Assembly (NCBI GenBank): GCA_036652575.1
Contig: JAVVVP010000002.1
Location: 25,154-89,153 of the forward strand
DNA: 64,000 nucleotides
DNA from: Bacteroidaceae bacterium
GTDB lineage: Bacteria; Bacteroidota; Bacteroidia; Bacteroidales; Bacteroidaceae
Direction of reading: 5' to 3'
The position numbers were made by a program, and so were the translations under genes. Below, piece after piece: positions 59,612 through 64,000 of this stretch. The notes beneath the pieces were generated by a model. It was not told where the DNA came from and searched no databases. It saw nothing but the letters and a program-made list of their open reading frames with translations. The stretch's first letter is position 1, and the number at the start of each line of letters is the position of its first letter.

Positions 59612-60223
59612 TTAAAGGTTACGATCTTCGTCGAAACGGAGAGATTCTATTTTTTTAAGTTTCAAACACAACTCCAATAAAAGCGATTTACGTATGCGCA
59701 AGGTCATCGTGCAATTCATCTCGAACGTTTGATCTATCATTTGAACCTTTGAATCTTTAATAATTTTCATAACATCATTTATTTGAAAATAATTGAATGT
59801 AATATGAATGTTTTCATCAATTGTGCGCTCTATAATAGTGGCATTTGCAATGGCTTCGGCAGCAGCACGACGGTAAGCCATCGCCAAGCCACTCGTCCCT
59901 AACTTTATACCTCCAAAATACCGTACAACAAGGATGAGTATATTTGTTAGCTCGTTCGAATTTATCTGTCCAAGTATTGGTTTCCCCGCTGTTCCAGATG
60001 GTTCTCCGTTGTCATTTGCTCTAAATATAAGTTTTTCAGCGCCAATAATATAAGCATAACAAACATGTCGAGCATCGTAGTATTTCTTTTGATGTGTTTC
60101 AACGATCTGTTTAACATCCTCTGTCGAAAAAACAGGAAATGCGAAAGCTAAAAATTTACTGCGCTTCTCTGTGTAAATACCTTCAGATGGAGAGGATATG
60201 GTATGATAAAAATCTTTATGCAT
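59612..60223 (-). CDS. yigZ: YigZ/IMPACT family protein
   Basis: GIYTEKRSKFLAFAFPV, HVCYAY, DNGEPSGTAGKPIL and VVRYFGGIKLG blocks are present. The start is set at the Met of MHKDFY (ATG 60223) because a -7 box lies 4 nt upstream and the longer ORF runs through repeat copy 4. Confidence 0.8.
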   Translation of the reverse strand: MHKDFYHTISSPSEGIYTEKRSKFLAFAFPVFSTEDVKQIVETHQKKYYDARHVCYAYIIGAEKLIFRANDNGEPSGTAGKPILGQINSNELTNILILVVRYFGGIKLGTSGLAMAYRRAAAEAIANATIIERTIDENIHITFNYFQINDVMKIIKDSKVQMIDQTFEMNCTMTLRIRKSLLLELCLKLKKIESLRFDEDRNL

Positions 60224-60227
60224 ACTG

Positions 60228-60235
60228 CAAAGATA
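60228..60235 (-). promoter_or_regulatory. -7 box (TATCTTTG on minus strand) for yigZ
   Basis: Plus-strand CAAAGATA, 4 nt from the ATG at 60223, implying a leaderless transcript. Confidence 0.5.
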
Positions 60236-60298
60236 ATCACAACGAAACAATTTATCCCTATATTCATTGAATAATTTCTGGCGTTCTCTTTTTCTCAT

Positions 60299-60366
60299 AA
60301 AATTCGAGCGCGGTTGATTTTTAATTCGAGCGTGTTCCTTTTTCTTTTCCATCGCGCTCGAATCTT
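60299..60366 (+). repeat. Tri-modular palindromic intergenic repeat, copy 4
   Basis: ATTCGAGCGCG (60302-60312) pairs with CGCGCTCGAAT (60353-60363). The middle module is AATTCGAGCGTGTTCC. It is collinear with copy 1 modules 1 and 2. Confidence 0.8.
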
Positions 60367-60463
60367 AATACAGGTAGTCAACCTTTTTAAAGGTGAAAAG
60401 AGCTTCATTTTGAGTTCGTGATATATTTTCCTATTATAGTTCGCCTACGTAAAAAAAAAGAAG

Positions 60464-60471
60464 TATTTTTG
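60464..60471 (+). promoter_or_regulatory. -7 box TATTTTTG for thrS
   Basis: Exact match, 31 nt upstream of the thrS ATG. Confidence 0.5.
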
Positions 60472-60502
60472 CAGTTGATTATAAAATGCAAAGTAAAAAA
60501 CA

Positions 60503-62446
60503 ATGATAAAGATAACGTTTCCAGACGGTTCTGTTCGTGAATACGAAGCAGGCGTAACGGGTTTTCAAGTGGCAGAAAGTATCTCTTCACGTTTGGCGCA
60601 AGATGTGCTATCTTGTAGCATAAATGATGAAATTGTAGAGCTTAATCGCCCCATAAATGAAGATGCCAAAATAAAGTTATTTAAATGGGAGGATGCAGAG
60701 GCAAAACATGCTTTTTGGCATACATCTGCTCACCTTATGGCCGAAGCTTTGCAAGAAATGTATCCAGGTACACAATTCGGTATCGGCCCTGCCATAGAAA
60801 ATGGCTTTTATTATGATATTATGCCTCCCGCAGGCGTAAGCATAAAGGAAGCAACGTTTGTTGAAATAGAAAAGAAAATGATGGAGCTTGTGCAGCGAAA
60901 GGAACAACTTGTTCGTTGCGAAATTTCAAAAACAGATGCTCTGAATTTGTTCGGTGATAAAGGCCAGACCTATAAAAATGAGCTCATCGCAGAACTTGAA
61001 GATGGTAAGATAACAACTTATACGCAAGGCGCTTATACAGACTTGTGTCGTGGTCCTCATTTGGTAAGTACCGCCCCCATTAAGGCGGTTAAGGTTACGG
61101 CTGTGTCGGCTGCGTTCTGGCGCGGAGATGACAAACGTCCGCAAATGACTCGTGTTTACGGTATCTCTTTTCCTAAGAAGAAATTATTAGATGAGTATTT
61201 GGCTCTTATGGAAGAAGCAAAGAAACGTGACCATCGTAAAATAGGTAAAGAGATGGAGCTCTTTATGTTTTCAGAACGTGTAGGTAAGGGGTTGCCAATG
61301 TGGCTGCCTCGAGGTACCGCACTTCGTTTGCGTCTTGAAGATTTTTTGAAGAAAATACAAAAACGATTCGGATACCAACAAGTAATGACACCACATATAG
61401 GTAATAAAAATTTATATGTTACATCGGGTCATTATGCGAAATATGGTAAAGATTCTTTTCAGCCAATTCATACTCCAGAGGAAGGAGAAGAGTATATCTT
61501 AAAGCCGATGAATTGTCCTCATCATTGCGAAATATATGCATGGAAGCCACGTTCTTACAAAGATTTACCTCTACGTCTCGCTGAATTTGGTACCGTGTAT
61601 CGTTATGAACAGAGTGGTGAACTTCATGGTTTAACACGCGTACGTTCATTTACACAAGACGATGCTCATATATTCTGTCGTCCTGACCAAGTAAAAGAAG
61701 AGTTCCTACGTGTTATGGACATCATTATGATTATCTTCAAAGCTCTTGATTTTGAAAATTTTGAGGCGCAAATCTCTTTGCGTGATAAAATAAATCGTGA
61801 GAAATACATAGGAACAGATGAAAATTGGGAAAAAGCCGAAAGTGCAATCATAGAAGCTTGTCGTGAAAAAGGATTGTCAGCCAAAATAGAATATGGAGAA
61901 GCCGCTTTTTATGGACCGAAGCTTGATTTTATGGTTAAAGATGCAATAGGAAGACGTTGGCAGCTTGGAACGATTCAGGTTGATTATAATTTGCCAGAAC
62001 GTTTCAATTTGGAATATATGGGATCTGATAATCAGAAGCATCGTCCAGTGATGGTGCATCGTGCGCCATTTGGATCCATGGAACGTTTTGTAGCTGTATT
62101 GATAGAACACACTTGTGGACACTTTCCTCTCTGGCTGACTCCAGATCAAGTAGCCATACTTCCAATATCTGAGAAGTTTAATGACTATGCAGATAAGTTG
62201 CGCAAATATTTCGATGAAGTAGATGTTCGTGCTGTCGTAGATGATCGAAATGAAAAGATAGGTCGTAAAATACGCGATAACGAAATGAAGCACATACCTT
62301 ATTTGTTAATTGTAGGTGAAAAAGAAGCCGCAGAAGGTACGGTTTCAATAAGAAAACAAGGAGAAGGTGATCAAGGAACAATAAAATTTGAAGACTTCGC
62401 AAAGAAAATCAATCAAGAAGTTCTTGAAATGACAAATAAGTATTAA
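60503..62446 (+). CDS. thrS: Threonine--tRNA ligase
   Basis: 647 aa with a TGS N-domain, the editing domain motif HTSAHLMA, class II core ([37 protein letters not shown]) and an anticodon-binding C-terminus. Confidence 0.97.
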   Translation: MIKITFPDGSVREYEAGVTGFQVAESISSRLAQDVLSCSINDEIVELNRPINEDAKIKLFKWEDAEAKHAFWHTSAHLMAEALQEMYPGTQFGIGPAIENGFYYDIMPPAGVSIKEATFVEIEKKMMELVQRKEQLVRCEISKTDALNLFGDKGQTYKNELIAELEDGKITTYTQGAYTDLCRGPHLVSTAPIKAVKVTAVSAAFWRGDDKRPQMTRVYGISFPKKKLLDEYLALMEEAKKRDHRKIGKEMELFMFSERVGKGLPMWLPRGTALRLRLEDFLKKIQKRFGYQQVMTPHIGNKNLYVTSGHYAKYGKDSFQPIHTPEEGEEYILKPMNCPHHCEIYAWKPRSYKDLPLRLAEFGTVYRYEQSGELHGLTRVRSFTQDDAHIFCRPDQVKEEFLRVMDIIMIIFKALDFENFEAQISLRDKINREKYIGTDENWEKAESAIIEACREKGLSAKIEYGEAAFYGPKLDFMVKDAIGRRWQLGTIQVDYNLPERFNLEYMGSDNQKHRPVMVHRAPFGSMERFVAVLIEHTCGHFPLWLTPDQVAILPISEKFNDYADKLRKYFDEVDVRAVVDDRNEKIGRKIRDNEMKHIPYLLIVGEKEAAEGTVSIRKQGEGDQGTIKFEDFAKKINQEVLEMTNKY

Positions 62447-62520
62447 ATTTGCACCCGATTAGAAACGGAAAACAAAACAAATAGAGTAAAAACAAATAGA
62501 TTACAGACGATAATATCTGA

Positions 62521-63213
62521 ATGAAGAACGACAAAATAAAACAACTGTATCGCATAAATGATCACATACGTGCTAAAGAAGTGCGTCTAGTAAGCGACAA
62601 TAATAATGCTGAGCCAGTAGTAATACCCACTTACAAAGCAATTCTGTTAGCGGAAGAAAAAGGGTTAGACCTCGTAGAAATTTCTCCGAATGCTGTACCG
62701 CCTGTATGTAAACTCATTGATTACTCTAAATTCCTATATCAACAGAAAAAACGCCAAAAAGAGCTTAAAGCGAAACAGGTGAAAGTTGAAGTGAAGGAAA
62801 TAAGATTTGGACCACAGACTGACGATCATGACTATCAGTTTAAGCTAAAACACGCAAAAGAATTCTTATCAGAAGGCGATAAAGTAAAAGCTTATGTGTT
62901 TTTCCGTGGACGTAGTATTTTGTTCAAAGAACAAGGGGAAGTGTTGTTATTACGCTTTGCAAACGATCTCGAGGATTTTGGTAAAGTGGAAAGTATGCCC
63001 GTACTAGAGGGTAAAAGAATGATTTTGTTTCTAGCACCTAAAAAAGCTCCAGTAGCAAAAAAAGTAGAAACAGCATCTAACACATTGTCAAAATCATCCA
63101 TGCCAAAATCAACTCTTGTTGAAGATGAAGCAACCGATAAAACAGAAAAAGCAAGTCTGCAAGCTAAAAGGCCAAAGGAATATAGCGGACCAAAAATAGA
63201 AGGTGAAGACTAA
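62521..63213 (+). CDS. infC: Translation initiation factor IF-3 with a ~55-aa C-terminal tail
   Basis: [37 protein letters not shown] and [14 protein letters not shown] are present. It has an ATG start. The tail after LAPKK is low-complexity and K/E/S/T-rich. Confidence 0.95.
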   Translation: MKNDKIKQLYRINDHIRAKEVRLVSDNNNAEPVVIPTYKAILLAEEKGLDLVEISPNAVPPVCKLIDYSKFLYQQKKRQKELKAKQVKVEVKEIRFGPQTDDHDYQFKLKHAKEFLSEGDKVKAYVFFRGRSILFKEQGEVLLLRFANDLEDFGKVESMPVLEGKRMILFLAPKKAPVAKKVETASNTLSKSSMPKSTLVEDEATDKTEKASLQAKRPKEYSGPKIEGED

Positions 63214-63280
63214 AAGATGTGTGTAGCGTATTGGTATCACGTTGCCACTCACTATTAATAATTCATTAAATAATAAGAAA

Positions 63281-63478
63281 ATGCCAAAAGTTAAGACTAA
63301 TTCCGGTGCAAAAAAAAGATTCGCTCTTACCGGAACAGGTAAAATTAAGAGAAAACATGCTTTTCACAGTCACATTCTAACGAAAAAGACTAAAAAGCAA
63401 AAAAGAAATCTATGCCACACAGGACTTGTATCAGGTGTAGATATAAAGGAAGTACGTCAGTTACTTTGTTTACGTTAA
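63281..63478 (+). CDS. rpmI: 50S ribosomal protein L35
   Basis: [14 protein letters not shown]... gives 65 aa. The ORF-track upstream start at 63242 is rejected. Confidence 0.93.
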   Translation: MPKVKTNSGAKKRFALTGTGKIKRKHAFHSHILTKKTKKQKRNLCHTGLVSGVDIKEVRQLLCLR

Positions 63479-63577
63479 GTTTTCAATTAAGCACAAATTA
63501 TTAAAGTATAAACCGAATGTTCAGCCCAAAAGTTCGTTTACGAAAAACGACGCTAACATTCAAAATGATTAAAAGTT

Positions 63578-63922
63578 ATGCCAAGATCAGTAAATCACGT
63601 CGCTTCAAGAGCAAAAAGAAAGAAAATATTAGGGTTAACCCGTGGCTATTATGGTGCGCGTAAAAACGTATGGACCGTAGCAAAAAACACTTGGGAAAAA
63701 GGTTTGACATACGCGTTCCGCGACCGTCGTAATAAAAAACGTACATTCCGCGCATTGTGGATTCAACGTATCAATGCGGCAGCTCGTTTGGAGGGTCTTT
63801 CTTATTCTCAATTGATGGGTGCTCTTCATAAAGCTGGAATAGAAATCAATCGCAAAGTTCTTGCCGATTTAGCTATCAATAATCCAGAAGCATTTAAAGC
63901 TATTCTTAATCAGGTGAAATAA
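63578..63922 (+). CDS. rplT: 50S ribosomal protein L20
   Basis: 114 aa with [39 protein letters not shown] and other L20 blocks. Confidence 0.96.
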   Translation: MPRSVNHVASRAKRKKILGLTRGYYGARKNVWTVAKNTWEKGLTYAFRDRRNKKRTFRALWIQRINAAARLEGLSYSQLMGALHKAGIEINRKVLADLAINNPEAFKAILNQVK

Positions 63923-63946
63923 GTAAAATCTCACAGAGTCTATAAA

Positions 63947-63979
63947 GAGAGAAGTGTTATATTATATAGCACTTCTCTC
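63947..63979 (+). terminator. Hairpin terminator after rplT
   Basis: GAGAGAAGTG pairs with CACTTCTCTC (10 bp, extendable) around an AT-rich loop, followed by a T-rich tract. Confidence 0.65.
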
Positions 63980-64000
63980 TTTCTATTTCGTGCTTTTTTT

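Noticed and set aside
62474-62500. A 12-nt direct repeat, AAAACAAATAGA, present twice in the thrS-infC spacer.
   Set aside because: It is a short A-rich low-complexity leader, consistent with the A-rich, Shine-Dalgarno-poor leaders of Bacteroidota. There is no evidence of function.
63923-64000. A possible Bacteroidales-1 structured RNA, reported to lie downstream of L20 genes in Bacteroidales.
   Set aside because: Only 78 nt remain after rplT, and they are explained by a terminator hairpin. The window ends before anything could be assessed.
1-64000. A search for CRISPR arrays, defence systems, toxin-antitoxin pairs, prophage or transposon genes, rRNA, and other ncRNAs (RNase P, SRP, tmRNA signatures).
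   Set aside because: None was recognised on either strand. Every ORF over about 150 aa that is not a shadow ORF has a plausible housekeeping or envelope assignment.

Overview
This 64-kb window looks like a low-GC Bacteroidota chromosome, probably Bacteroidales and T9SS-positive. The taxon call rests on repeated TAnnTTTG -7 promoter boxes, the sprA/plug genes and several Bacteroidota-specific DUF proteins. It is densely packed with core housekeeping genes. These are: the F-ATPase genes atpF(partial)-H-A-G, htpG and tRNA-Arg(ACG); a 6-gene nucleotide-sugar/glycosyltransferase operon; an S9 peptidase plus MFS transporter; yidC, pyrG, a DUF3078-like outer-membrane protein, tamB-like and aspS; a HU/SPOR protein plus a zinc-ribbon-FHA protein; an ABC exporter with nadK; pdxJ, a DJ-1 family gene, ispD and recG; a large receiver-PPDK_N protein; ribE; ruvA-sprA with a divergent putative T9SS plug gene; a 2-hydroxyacid dehydrogenase and a TRIC-like channel; a RelA-like RSH plus an outer-membrane protein; a secreted zinc metalloprotease; and yigZ with thrS-infC-rpmI-rplT. 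I found no transposase, integrase, phage gene, CRISPR array, toxin-antitoxin pair or recognisable defence gene, and no convincing new multi-gene system. The features the gene map does not explain are: (1) a ~70-bp tri-modular palindromic intergenic repeat present four times, with compensatory stem changes between copies; (2) an exact sigma-54 -24/-12 promoter match upstream of htpG; (3) a compact FdtA/FdtB-type amino-sugar cluster that carries a FemAB-like GNAT where an FdtC-type acetyltransferase would be expected; (4) a 990-aa pseudo-receiver/receiver/PEP-pyruvate-binding protein with no phosphohistidine swivel domain; (5) a long divergent ruvA-sprA/plug intergenic region with face-to-face promoter boxes. 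All functional calls come from reading motifs by eye. No database search was run.
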